The notes beneath the pieces were generated by a model, which saw only the letters and a list, made by a program, of their open reading frames with translations, was not told the DNA's origin and did no database searches. 64,000 nt of DNA from Bacteroidota bacterium (GTDB taxonomy: Bacteria; Bacteroidota; Bacteroidia; Bacteroidales; FEN-979). Below are positions 44,737 through 53,818 of this stretch, piece by piece. The translations under genes were made by a program, and so were the position numbers. The DNA lies in NCBI GenBank assembly GCA_037141915.1, contig JBAXBP010000001.1, forward strand, positions 1,267-65,266, written 5' to 3'. Within the stretch, counting starts at the first letter, position 1. The number at the start of each line of letters is the position of its first letter.

Positions 44737-45135
44737 CTAAAACAGCCTGGCAATAAAGTATGATGCAACACTCACTATGGTGGAAAGTACCATCCCCCAA
44801 ACCAGGTCAACCAGTGTGATTATAAGCGGCCAGTTGTTGACCGTTGCGAGGTTTGTCAGATCGTAGGTTGCATAGGTAATCAGGCCAAACAATACTGCCC
44901 TGAAAATCGTGTTAGGAAGAGAATTTTCCTTCATACCGGGAAGGACAACAAATACAAGAATCCCGACTATAAACAGCAGGTAGAAAATTATTGCCGCTGC
45001 CCAGTTAACCGTTGGCGCCATCAGGTATCCCAGGTGTTTTTTGTAGAATGAACGGGCTACGAATACAAGCCAAACCATATCGGTAGCAAAAAATACAGCC
45101 AGGGTGGCCAGGTAGAGTTTTATGTAATAGATCAT
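44737..45135 (-). CDS. DUF2177-like small membrane protein
   Basis: From the ATG at 45133..45135: MIYYIKLYLATLAVFFATDMVWLVFVARSFYKKHLGYLM..., with 4 TM helices. The track start at 45195 is a TTG. Confidence 0.6.
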   Translation of the reverse strand: MIYYIKLYLATLAVFFATDMVWLVFVARSFYKKHLGYLMAPTVNWAAAIIFYLLFIVGILVFVVLPGMKENSLPNTIFRAVLFGLITYATYDLTNLATVNNWPLIITLVDLVWGMVLSTIVSVASYFIARLF

Positions 45136-45296
45136 GGCTGTTGTTTTAGAATTGAGAATAAAGATAATACAAAGTTTTTTAAATATCTGATTCAAAATGC
45201 TAATTTGGACTAAATACAGATTATATTTGCATGATAGTTAACAATTTATTGTTATTCGAATAAGAAGTAACGTTAAACCAAGAAAAAAGAATTAAT

Positions 45297-45608
45297 ATGA
45301 AATATATCATGAAAATTAAGATGTCCCAGGAAAAGGGGGACAAGGCAATACGCGATCCGCAGTTCGGAAAAAAGATGCATGATCTCCTTGCCGACATCAA
45401 GGCGGAATCAGCATATTTTACAACGATTTGCGGTCACAGGGGAGCATACATTATTGTTAATATCAATGATGCGTCGGAAATCACTGCAATTGCCGAGCCG
45501 TTTTTCTTATGGCTGGGCGCAGATGTGGATTTCGTCCCGGTGATGACTCCGGAGGATCTGGCAAAAGGCGGCCCCGGAATAGGTGCTGCAATCCAGAAGT
45601 GGGGTTGA
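45297..45608 (+). CDS. Conserved hypothetical ~100-aa protein
   Basis: MKYIMKIKMSQEKGDKAIRDPQFGKKMHDLLADIKAESAYFTTICGHRGAYIIVNINDASEITAIAEPFFLWLGADVDFVPVMTPEDL... From memory it resembles a widespread small family of unknown function. A strong terminator follows. Confidence 0.6.
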   Translation: MKYIMKIKMSQEKGDKAIRDPQFGKKMHDLLADIKAESAYFTTICGHRGAYIIVNINDASEITAIAEPFFLWLGADVDFVPVMTPEDLAKGGPGIGAAIQKWG

Positions 45609-45636
45609 TTTAATTAATCTGATAGTTACTGTTTGG

Positions 45637-45667
45637 GGTGCCCCGGTTTTTCGGGGCACCTTTTTTT
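45637..45667. terminator. Intrinsic terminator between convergent genes
   Basis: GGTGCCCCG-GTTTTT-CGGGGCACC followed by TTTTTTT (45661..45667). It lies between the stop at 45608 (+) and the stop at 45669 (-). Confidence 0.75.
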
Positions 45668-45668
45668 A

Positions 45669-46970
45669 TTACCACCATCTGATCCCTGCGAGCCTGCACA
45701 GTTCCATCCTTGACAACAACAGGTTATATTCAAACTGCAGGCGGCTGAGCTGGGCGTCCTTATAATTGGTGATGGAAGTGAGAAGGTCGAGGTTGGTAAT
45801 GACCCCATACTTATAACGGTCGGTTGCAAGGTCCGTGGCAATCTGGGCTGAACTGATCAGTGTATCGGCGCTTTCAAGTTTCCTTATGTTTTTCTGAATA
45901 TCCTCGAAAGAGTTGAGAATGTCTTTATTGAGGCTGACTTTCTGGGATTCCAGGGCCAGTTTTGATGCATTGAGATTGATGGTGGCCAGTTTTTTCTGGA
46001 GGGCCGGGCGGGATGCAGAAATGATGGGGACTGTAAGGCCAACTCCCACGGCATAGTTGAATGTCATGGGATCAATGTCGGGCATGAAACCGTTCTTATA
46101 TCCCAGTCCTGCCTGGAAACTGACCAGGGGCATACGCAGGCGGTTGGCCGAAACAATATCCCAGCCGGCCGATTTGATCTTGTCGCCGGCTATCCTGATC
46201 TCAGGGTTGTTCTGCACTGCTATGGCAATGATGGAATCGGTTGCCACCCTGAAGGTCGACTGGTTGACGACGGTATCATTGAGATACCCGCTGCCGCTGC
46301 TCCCGGTGAGCATGCCCAGGAGGTTGTATTGCTTCCCAAGCTGGGTTTGCAGGTCGGTATAAAAATTTTCGGCATTGGTATATTTTACCTGGGTCGATAC
46401 CAGGTCGTATTTCAGGGCATCGCCGTAATTCACTTTCACATTGATCTGCTGCAGGGTTGACTGGAGCAGGTTAATCTGTTCCTTCTGAACGGTGAGGCTT
46501 TTATTGAGGAATATAATTGAGTAATAGATCTGGGCCACCTGGTATGCCAGCTGAATCTTGAAACCATCGAGATTGTCCTTTGAAGTTTCAAGATCGCTTT
46601 TTGCCTTGTTCACTGCTGCCGGGGTCCTCAGGTCGAGAATAGGCTGGGCGATACTTACAGAGGCATTGTAATTGTCGGCAGGCGCTACCCTGAAGGACTG
46701 GACCGTTGAACCCATTGGGATTTCTATTGCCGGGGTAGGAAAAATACGGCTATAAGATAAATTCACCCCGGCAATGGGCAGGTATCCTGCTTTCCCAAGG
46801 CTTACCCTGACTTCACTCATACGCACCATGTCGGTCATCTCGCCAACCCTGGGATAATTCCGGAACGACTGTTCAACGAAATGTTTCAAAGTGGCAGGTG
46901 CCGGGATCTCCTGGGCCTGCAGGTTACTTGCGAAAAAACATATCAATATTGCTGACAGAAATGATTTCAT
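45669..46970 (-). CDS. TolC-family outer membrane efflux protein
   Basis: Signal peptide. Two-repeat OEP architecture with long coiled-coil-like segments, 433 aa. Last gene of the HlyD-MFS-TolC operon. Confidence 0.85.
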   Translation of the reverse strand: MKSFLSAILICFFASNLQAQEIPAPATLKHFVEQSFRNYPRVGEMTDMVRMSEVRVSLGKAGYLPIAGVNLSYSRIFPTPAIEIPMGSTVQSFRVAPADNYNASVSIAQPILDLRTPAAVNKAKSDLETSKDNLDGFKIQLAYQVAQIYYSIIFLNKSLTVQKEQINLLQSTLQQINVKVNYGDALKYDLVSTQVKYTNAENFYTDLQTQLGKQYNLLGMLTGSSGSGYLNDTVVNQSTFRVATDSIIAIAVQNNPEIRIAGDKIKSAGWDIVSANRLRMPLVSFQAGLGYKNGFMPDIDPMTFNYAVGVGLTVPIISASRPALQKKLATINLNASKLALESQKVSLNKDILNSFEDIQKNIRKLESADTLISSAQIATDLATDRYKYGVITNLDLLTSITNYKDAQLSRLQFEYNLLLSRMELCRLAGIRWW

Positions 46971-47000
46971 GGGATGTAGTGATTTTAATTCTTTTATAAC

Positions 47001-47053
47001 GATTCACTATTCACGATTCACTATTCACGATTCACGATTCACGATTCACGATT
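47001..47053. repeat. Tandem heptamer array (G/T)ATTCAC x7.5 between the MFS and TolC genes
   Basis: GATTCAC TATTCAC GATTCAC TATTCAC GATTCAC GATTCAC GATTCAC GATT. The last unit overlaps the MFS stop codon (complement of 47052..47054). Confidence 0.95.
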
Positions 47054-48614
47054 AATGTGCTTCACCCGCCGCTGCAATCTGTCCGCCGAATAGCTTCTTG
47101 TTTTTAGTGATGAAGATCAGGGGAAAAGCAATCAGAATAAACAGGGTTGCAAAAAGGAATGCGTCGAGATAGCTAAGCATAAATGTTTGTTTCATCACCG
47201 AAAGTTCTATCACCTGGTAGGTTTGCTGCTGCAGGTTTGCTGCCAGGGGGAGTTTTGCCTGTAGTCCCTGGTAAACCTGGTTATATCGTTCGGTGAACTG
47301 CTGGCCACCGCTGTAAATATTGCTGATCAGGTCCATACGGTGAACTGCGACACGGTGTGCGATATAGTTGTTAATAATGGCAATGCCAAAAGATCCACCC
47401 ATCTGCCGCATCATATTATTCAAAGCGACGCCCTGCGGGATATCACGGGGCTGCAATCCGGCGACAGCCATAGCATTCAAAGGAACAAAAAGGCATGCCA
47501 GCCCGGCTCCCCTTATCATCAGTGGCAGGGCAAAAAATCCTGAGGAAACATTCATGTCGGCCCTGGACATCAGTATGCCGAAGCCCATCAGGGTAATGAA
47601 TCCTAAGCCGACAAAAAGTTTGGGAGGTGTCCCTGCCGAGAGTGCCCGCCCAATGAATGGCATGAAGATGAGCGAAAGGATGGATGCGGGAAGCAGGGTT
47701 AGACCGGTCTCATAAGCGGTATAGCCTAGCACCCTTTGCAGCATCAGGGGAAAAATAAACACCGAGGTGAATAAAATAAACCCCACGATGAAGGTCAGGA
47801 GTGTTGTAAGTGCAAGGTTACGGTCCTTAAGGATGCGGAGATTAACAACAGGTTCTTTCTGTTTCAGTTCCCACCAGATAAAGGTTACCAGCCCGATAAC
47901 GGCAGTCACTGTTAACCAGATGATCAGTTTCGAATCGTACCAGTCTTCGTGTTCTCCCCGTTCAAGGACATATTGCAGTGAACCAATTCCTATCGTCAGA
48001 AGGAAGATCCCGCTCCAGTCTATCTTTGGTTTTATATGGATATCGAATCCCCTGGGGATAAACCGGTAGGTGAGGATGCTTGCAATAATTCCGAAGGGAA
48101 CATTGATGTAAAATATCAGGGGCCATGAATAGCTGTCGATGATCAGTCCTCCCACCGTTGGGCCAAGTGTGGGGCCGAGTACAACCCCCATTCCGAAGAG
48201 TGCAGCTGCAAGCCCCCTTTGTTTGCCGGGGAAGGTTTCGAAAAGGATGGATTGAGAAGTTGAAAGAAGACCGCCACCACCGAGACCCTGCACGAACCTC
48301 CATAATACGATTTGCCACAGGGAGACTGACATTCCGCAGAAAATGGAAGCGATGGTAAAAATGACGATGGAGGCCATATAATAACGCCTGCGTCCGAAAA
48401 AAGCAGCAAGGAAGCCGGTCATGGGGATGATGATCACGTTGGCTATGGCATAGGAAGTGATAACCCAGGCGATATCTTCGATGGATGCGCCGAGGTTGCC
48501 GGCCATCTGGTTGAGAGCGACATTCACGATGGAAGTGTCGATCAGCTCCATGATGGCTGCCGAGATCGTCGTAAGGGCGATGATGATCTTTGCTGCTCTG
48601 CTCAGGGTTGACAT
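47052..48614 (-). CDS. DHA2-family (EmrB/QacA, 14-TM) MFS drug efflux transporter
   Basis: 520 aa with 14 predicted TM segments. MFS motifs include ...GFLAAFFGRRRYYM... (motif A-like) and ...LWRFVQGLGGGGL.... Confidence 0.9.
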   Translation of the reverse strand: MSTLSRAAKIIIALTTISAAIMELIDTSIVNVALNQMAGNLGASIEDIAWVITSYAIANVIIIPMTGFLAAFFGRRRYYMASIVIFTIASIFCGMSVSLWQIVLWRFVQGLGGGGLLSTSQSILFETFPGKQRGLAAALFGMGVVLGPTLGPTVGGLIIDSYSWPLIFYINVPFGIIASILTYRFIPRGFDIHIKPKIDWSGIFLLTIGIGSLQYVLERGEHEDWYDSKLIIWLTVTAVIGLVTFIWWELKQKEPVVNLRILKDRNLALTTLLTFIVGFILFTSVFIFPLMLQRVLGYTAYETGLTLLPASILSLIFMPFIGRALSAGTPPKLFVGLGFITLMGFGILMSRADMNVSSGFFALPLMIRGAGLACLFVPLNAMAVAGLQPRDIPQGVALNNMMRQMGGSFGIAIINNYIAHRVAVHRMDLISNIYSGGQQFTERYNQVYQGLQAKLPLAANLQQQTYQVIELSVMKQTFMLSYLDAFLFATLFILIAFPLIFITKNKKLFGGQIAAAGEAH

Positions 48615-48622
48615 AGACTGGA

Positions 48623-49672
48623 TCAGATGTGAGCTGAAACGACCACGCTCATGCCGGCGCGAAGTATATCTTTATATTTTTGCGCATCAATGATCTCAAT
48701 TCGGATCGGGATGCGCTGGGTCACTTTTACAAAATTTCCGGTGGCGTTATCGGGGGGCAGAAGTGAAAACCTGGCTCCTGTTGCATCGGAGAGTGAAACG
48801 ATCTTCCCCTCGACATCCAGGTTGGGATAGCCGTCAATTTTAATGGCAACGACCTGTCCCTGGTGAAGGTTTTTAAGCTGGTTCTCTTTGAAATTTGCAA
48901 CTACCCAGCGGCTTTCAGTGTTTACTATGGTGAAGAGGGGAGTGCCTGACTGGATGAACTGACCCTGGTCAACATTTCTCTTTCCAAGTTTGCCGTCGGC
49001 TATTGCATAAATACTGCAATATGAAAGTTTAAGCTTTTGCTGGTCAATACGGGCTTTTTTAACATCGGTCTGGGCTTGTGCCTTGCCCACCAGTGATCTC
49101 AGGACTTCCAGCCTTGTTTCAGCAACCCTCACATCAATCTGACTTGTTTCAAGCTGTTTGTTCGTCACGTCGAAGTTTGACTGGCTGTCGTCGACCTGCC
49201 TTTTGGTGATAGCATTGCCTTCAAACAGCTTCTTATCGCGGTTCAGGTCATTAGCGGCTTTGGACTGCCTTATTCTGGTGACTTCCAGGTTTGATTTTGC
49301 CGCGGAAAGGGAAGCTTCGGCGTTGGTCAGCGATGCTTTCGCATTTTCAATATCCGATAACGACTGGCTTAAATCAGCCTGCATCTCCTGGAGCTGCAGC
49401 CTGAGTTCCGTAGAATCAACCACCATCAGGAGCTGCCCCCTGGACACATTTACATAGTCATCCACATAAATCCTGTCCACGTAACCCGAAACCCTTGAAA
49501 GGATGGGCACCAGCCTCATCTCGACCTGGGCATTGTCGGTTTCTTCATGATGAATTGCGTACCAGACTTCTTTGGTGAGGTAGATCAAAGCAATTATGAC
49601 AACCGTGCTGATAATGATCCTGGGCAATATTTTTTTCCCACTTTTTCGTTCTTTTCCGGAATCAGTGTCCAT
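48623..49672 (-). CDS. HlyD/EmrA-family membrane fusion protein
   Basis: N-terminal TM, a lipoyl-like hairpin (VSGYVDRIYVDDYVNVSRGQLLMVVD), a long coiled coil and a beta-barrel domain (GQVVAIKIDGYP...EGKIVSLS). Confidence 0.85.
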   Translation of the reverse strand: MDTDSGKERKSGKKILPRIIISTVVIIALIYLTKEVWYAIHHEETDNAQVEMRLVPILSRVSGYVDRIYVDDYVNVSRGQLLMVVDSTELRLQLQEMQADLSQSLSDIENAKASLTNAEASLSAAKSNLEVTRIRQSKAANDLNRDKKLFEGNAITKRQVDDSQSNFDVTNKQLETSQIDVRVAETRLEVLRSLVGKAQAQTDVKKARIDQQKLKLSYCSIYAIADGKLGKRNVDQGQFIQSGTPLFTIVNTESRWVVANFKENQLKNLHQGQVVAIKIDGYPNLDVEGKIVSLSDATGARFSLLPPDNATGNFVKVTQRIPIRIEIIDAQKYKDILRAGMSVVVSAHI

Positions 49673-49687
49673 GTAAATTGTTTTTTA

Positions 49688-49745
49688 TATTTTTGCAAAA
49701 GTAAACTAAGTTGACGAATAATAGACAATGAAGTTGACTAATTAT
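49688..49745. promoter_or_regulatory. Back-to-back -7 boxes (TATTTTTG on plus, TACTTTTG on minus) plus two AAGTTGAC-N-AAT direct repeats; candidate MarR operator region
   Basis: TATTTTTG at 49688..49695 (+). CAAAAGTA at 49696..49703 reads TACTTTTG on the minus strand, 23 nt before the HlyD-gene ATG. AAGTTGACGAATAAT (49708..49722) and AAGTTGACTAATTAT (49731..49745) match at 13/15 positions with 23-bp spacing. Confidence 0.4.
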
Positions 49746-49760
49746 TTATAAAATATTTTT

Positions 49761-50258
49761 ATGCTTTCGAAACCAGTCAGAACAAAGCTCCTTAAAAAGA
49801 GGCCCCCCAAGGAGGAAAGTGTCGGCCGTCTCATCTACCTTTTATACCGGCATCTGACAGCCTGGGGTGAAAGCCGGTGGCCGAAAGTCGGGCTTCATGC
49901 ATTCGGACCAAGCCATATTCATCTCCTTGCCACTATCGGTCTTGAGGGTGTTTCAAACAGCGGGATGGCAAGGCGGGCTAAAGTTTCGAAGCAGGCTATG
50001 AGCAAACTGGTAAAGGACATGCTGGCGCTTGGGCTGATCGTAATCCAGGTGAATGAGAATGACAGCCGCTGCAATATCATATCGCTTACCGACAAGGGAG
50101 GCGAGACTCTCATGCAAATATGGGAAACCAACGACCTGCTAAAAAAACAGGTTGAAAAACGACTGGGCAAGGCAAAATCAAAAAGGATACTCACCCTGAT
50201 GGATGAACTGGTGGATGCACTGGATGCCGAAGAGGAGCAATCAGGCCAGGGGGGCTGA
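49761..50258 (+). CDS. MarR-family transcriptional regulator
   Basis: Winged HTH ...HLLATIGLEGVSNSGMARRAKVSKQAMSKLVKDMLALGLIVIQVNENDSRCNIISLTDKG.... Divergent from the efflux operon. Confidence 0.8.
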   Translation: MLSKPVRTKLLKKRPPKEESVGRLIYLLYRHLTAWGESRWPKVGLHAFGPSHIHLLATIGLEGVSNSGMARRAKVSKQAMSKLVKDMLALGLIVIQVNENDSRCNIISLTDKGGETLMQIWETNDLLKKQVEKRLGKAKSKRILTLMDELVDALDAEEEQSGQGG

Positions 50259-50263
50259 AAGAA

Positions 50264-53200
50264 TCAATCTTTCTTTAATACCTTGATCCTGTATGTTACT
50301 CCTGAGTTATCGGTCAGTATGTAATAGTAAATCCCGGCCTGTTTATTTTCAAGGTTCATATGGTATGTTGCTGAAGGATGTTCAATGACCCCTTGTTCAA
50401 CAACCTGTCCAGCCGAAGAAACCAGCCTGTAATCAAATCGGTCGCCCGGGGGGAGGCTTAAATTGACGTATCCCTCGGCGGGTACAGGGAAGGCGACCAG
50501 GTTGTTTGCCGGGGGAACTTTTTCAGTGCCTGCGGGGTAGTCAACGCATCCCACCAGGCTGAATTCAGCTGCCGATGCCCAGGGATTGCCGTTGACTTCC
50601 GAGAGTGCCTTTAACCTGAAAAACCTTCCGGCTTTTGCAGAATCGAGGACTACGGTCTGGGGTGCGCTGGTGTTAACAAACTGGCCTGTTTTAACCGGAA
50701 CTCCCCAATTAAGCGTATCATCGCCTATATAGAGTTCATATTCTTTGATGCGGCCATTTTCGCCATCCTGCCTGGTAAGATAAATGAACTTATAGACCTG
50801 GTATTCCTGGCCAAGCGCTATCCGTATTTCATGAGGATAAGGAACATCACCCGTACTCCAGGCGGTATGCCAGATGGTTGAAGGGTCATTGTCAAAGCTC
50901 ATGACTGCATAACCCGGGTAATTCAATTCTTCGCTGTCGACATAAAGCAGGGACCATATTGATTTAGGCAGTATGTCGGGGTTGTTGCAATCGTAAATCG
51001 AGGGGCAGGTCGTGGCAGTTACCATTCCTGCGATTGAACGGGTGTAAGCCTGGCCGTTCCGGGTGACAGTAAGACCCACATCGTAGCTTCCCGGGTTGCC
51101 AAGTACAACCCTGGGATTCCGGATGTCGGGATTCTCGATCCATGCCGGTGCCGGATTTATGCTCCAGTGCCATACGGCCCCGGAATGGTCAAGTATTGAA
51201 TGATCATCAAAGTAAACTGTATCGGTCATGCAGTCGTAATGCGCTTTTTCGACCCAGGGATTGACAATGGGTTTGAAATCGGTTTCCTGCATAGGTGATG
51301 ACCATACACCGCAGTTGCCGGCGGAACGAAGTTTGGCGTCCCTGAAGAACGGCAATGCCAGGTTGACGTCCATTCCCGCAGGATAATTATTGTCATAGGC
51401 TTCCCAATCACTCATCCCTTCTTTCCTGTAAAACACCTTTGCCACATGGCCGTTTTTTGCCTGTGTGTAGAGATACACCAGGTCCTGCCCCGAGGCGGTA
51501 GGCTGAATGTTGATGCATTTCAGGTATTCCACGACAGAACCTGTCCAGTCGGTCCAGGTATCGCCTCCGTCGGTTGATTTGAACACCTTTCCAAGATCGG
51601 CCGACCAGGTTCCGTTCTGCAGGCATGCATAGACTACATTTTCACTATACGGGGAGATTGCAAAAAAGAGCTTGCCCTTCCAATTTGAGGTCTCGTTGGG
51701 AGGCGAGGTCAGGGAGGGCTTTAAAACCCAGCTGAGACCTCCGTCAGTACTTTTGTACAAACCCCGATTTACTATATCGGCATAGAAAACTGTGGGGTTG
51801 TTGTAGCTGATCTGCAAATACCTTACCTCGTCGGGAAAATTGTAAACCAGGTCCCAGGTCACGCCCATATCAATGCTTTTCCAGAACCCGGTACCGTTGC
51901 CCAGGTATATCGTTCCGTAGTAATTGGGGTGAAATACCATATTGCCCCTTCTCCCGCCATATTCATCCATGTTGGGATATTTGCTGAAGATAAAACGGCC
52001 GTCGGGCTTGCCTTCGGCAGTTGAAGGCAGAATCCAGCCATTGCCCAAGTCATTGAACGCTGTATACCGGCTTTTACCTTGAAGCACCCAGCCGGTAGGA
52101 GATTCAGCGCCCCCCATCCGCAGTGCTTTAGGCTGATAAAAATCGGCCAGGGCGGTATTCCCGTTATGGTACCTTCCGCCTACCACAATATCTTCATTCC
52201 AGCCCTGGTCAAACCCCCACATATCGGAGCCTTCGAGTCCGTTCACCCTTACAAAATAATTTGCCTGCAAAGTAAAATTATCAGTGGTATAGTTCATGCC
52301 ACCGTCTGTCGAAACCCAGGTATTGCCATTAGGCAGCATTTTGATATCCTGTATGTCGGGATGGATGCTGAAGCTCCCGGCATAACCTCCGACGGCAGTA
52401 AAAGTGCTGCCCCCGTTCACCGATTTATAAAAGGTTTGAGTGCCCACCAGGATGATGTTTGCATCGACCGGGGAAACATCCAGCACCAGGTCGAAATAGC
52501 CCTGCCCGTTGTCCATGGGGAAGCTCCCGGTATTGCCTGTCGCCAGCAGGGACCAGTTCCAGGTACTGCCGCTCAGCGTTCCTTTTAAAAGGTATGGAGT
52601 GCTATTGGAACTGAGTAAAACTGCTATGAGGGTGTTCGGGTTTGCGGGAGTCACTGCAAGAAGCCCCCCGCTGGATTCGGCATAGGATGAAGGGAAAGAT
52701 GCCTGGACCTGGAAAGAAACACCTCCGTCAAGGGAAGTGATTAATGAGAAGTTTCCACCCGATTTGGTCAGGGCAAAGATCTGTGAATTATCGTTTGTCT
52801 TTATCTCTGCATCATAAACAGGGGCAGTACATTTTTGGGTCCAGCTTGATCCTCCGTTGGTGCTTATGAAAAGTCCGCTGGCTGAAGCAGCCATTATTTT
52901 CTGGGGATTTGAGGCATCTATCCTGAGGCGGTCGGCGTAAAAAAGACTGCCTGAAGGCAGCAGGGGAGTCCAGGTCACCCCTCCGTCGATAGTTTTGTGT
53001 ACCTGGTTGCCTGCCGCTGCATATACTTCATCAGGATTCGAAGGATGCACGGCAATGGCTGTAACAGCGCCGCCGAAATAATATCCCGGGGCAAGCAATG
53101 ACCAGGTCATCCCCTGGTCGGTGGTCTTGTTCACGAACCCTGTTTCTGTGCCGCAGTAGATGGTGTTGTTGTCGGAAGCAGCAACATCAAATGAATAAAC

Positions 53201-53695
53201 GTTAGCCTGCCAGGGGCATGAACCGGGAGGCGATGGCGAGCCTGATTCATTGAGCCAGTACGTCTCTTTGGGCCCTAAAAAAGTCCAGTCGGCATTTGAG
53301 GTCTGGGGACTTTTAATCCCCCGGCTTGCCTTAACCTGTGCTTCATGCAGGTCGCCGTAATACTTTTTCATATCGGGCAAAACAATCGTTCCGTCGGAAA
53401 GTGCATAGGATTCAACAGCCCGGCTCCATATCCTGAAATACCTGATCACAGGGCTTTCTTCTCCCTGGTGTGCCTGCATCCAGGTGTTGAACTCCCTATT
53501 GATGTCGTTGTAATTCACCGGCGACTGGTAGAGCATCCTGGCCCATGGGGGGAAGTCTTCACTGTAAGCCGGTTTGTAGCTCCTGACGATACCGGGAATG
53601 TCATCATAGGGAGTGAAGTGGTTCTGCGCCTGGGTCGGAAGGGTGCAAAGGCAGACGAGCAGGGCAAAAAGTGGATTCCGCAACAACATGTTCAT
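50264..53695 (-). CDS. Large secreted BNR/sortilin-type beta-propeller protein with F5/8 type C (discoidin) domain and T9SS C-terminal sorting domain
   Basis: Signal peptide. At least 9 (S/T).(D/N)GG.(T/S)(W/F) repeats (TTDQGMTWS, TIDGGVTWT, STNGGSSWT, SLDGGVSFQ, SVNGGSTFT, STDGGMNYT, SIDMGVTWD, STDGGLSWV, STDGGDTWT). Discoidin-like region ...VMSFDNDPSTIWHTAWS...RIKEYELYIG...AAEFSLVGC. CTD ...VAFPVPAEGYVNLSL...GIYYYILTDNSGVTYRIKVLKKD. Confidence 0.8.
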   Translation of the reverse strand: MNMLLRNPLFALLVCLCTLPTQAQNHFTPYDDIPGIVRSYKPAYSEDFPPWARMLYQSPVNYNDINREFNTWMQAHQGEESPVIRYFRIWSRAVESYALSDGTIVLPDMKKYYGDLHEAQVKASRGIKSPQTSNADWTFLGPKETYWLNESGSPSPPGSCPWQANVYSFDVAASDNNTIYCGTETGFVNKTTDQGMTWSLLAPGYYFGGAVTAIAVHPSNPDEVYAAAGNQVHKTIDGGVTWTPLLPSGSLFYADRLRIDASNPQKIMAASASGLFISTNGGSSWTQKCTAPVYDAEIKTNDNSQIFALTKSGGNFSLITSLDGGVSFQVQASFPSSYAESSGGLLAVTPANPNTLIAVLLSSNSTPYLLKGTLSGSTWNWSLLATGNTGSFPMDNGQGYFDLVLDVSPVDANIILVGTQTFYKSVNGGSTFTAVGGYAGSFSIHPDIQDIKMLPNGNTWVSTDGGMNYTTDNFTLQANYFVRVNGLEGSDMWGFDQGWNEDIVVGGRYHNGNTALADFYQPKALRMGGAESPTGWVLQGKSRYTAFNDLGNGWILPSTAEGKPDGRFIFSKYPNMDEYGGRRGNMVFHPNYYGTIYLGNGTGFWKSIDMGVTWDLVYNFPDEVRYLQISYNNPTVFYADIVNRGLYKSTDGGLSWVLKPSLTSPPNETSNWKGKLFFAISPYSENVVYACLQNGTWSADLGKVFKSTDGGDTWTDWTGSVVEYLKCINIQPTASGQDLVYLYTQAKNGHVAKVFYRKEGMSDWEAYDNNYPAGMDVNLALPFFRDAKLRSAGNCGVWSSPMQETDFKPIVNPWVEKAHYDCMTDTVYFDDHSILDHSGAVWHWSINPAPAWIENPDIRNPRVVLGNPGSYDVGLTVTRNGQAYTRSIAGMVTATTCPSIYDCNNPDILPKSIWSLLYVDSEELNYPGYAVMSFDNDPSTIWHTAWSTGDVPYPHEIRIALGQEYQVYKFIYLTRQDGENGRIKEYELYIGDDTLNWGVPVKTGQFVNTSAPQTVVLDSAKAGRFFRLKALSEVNGNPWASAAEFSLVGCVDYPAGTEKVPPANNLVAFPVPAEGYVNLSLPPGDRFDYRLVSSAGQVVEQGVIEHPSATYHMNLENKQAGIYYYILTDNSGVTYRIKVLKKD

Positions 53696-53818
53696 GATAA
53701 ACTGTTTTAAATTCCAGGAAGCCCCAAAATTACTTCACAGCCGCGGATTATACATCATTTTTCTCTTTTTATCTTTGGCAGATTATGATTATTTTTACCC
53801 CTCAAACTGAATAACAGA

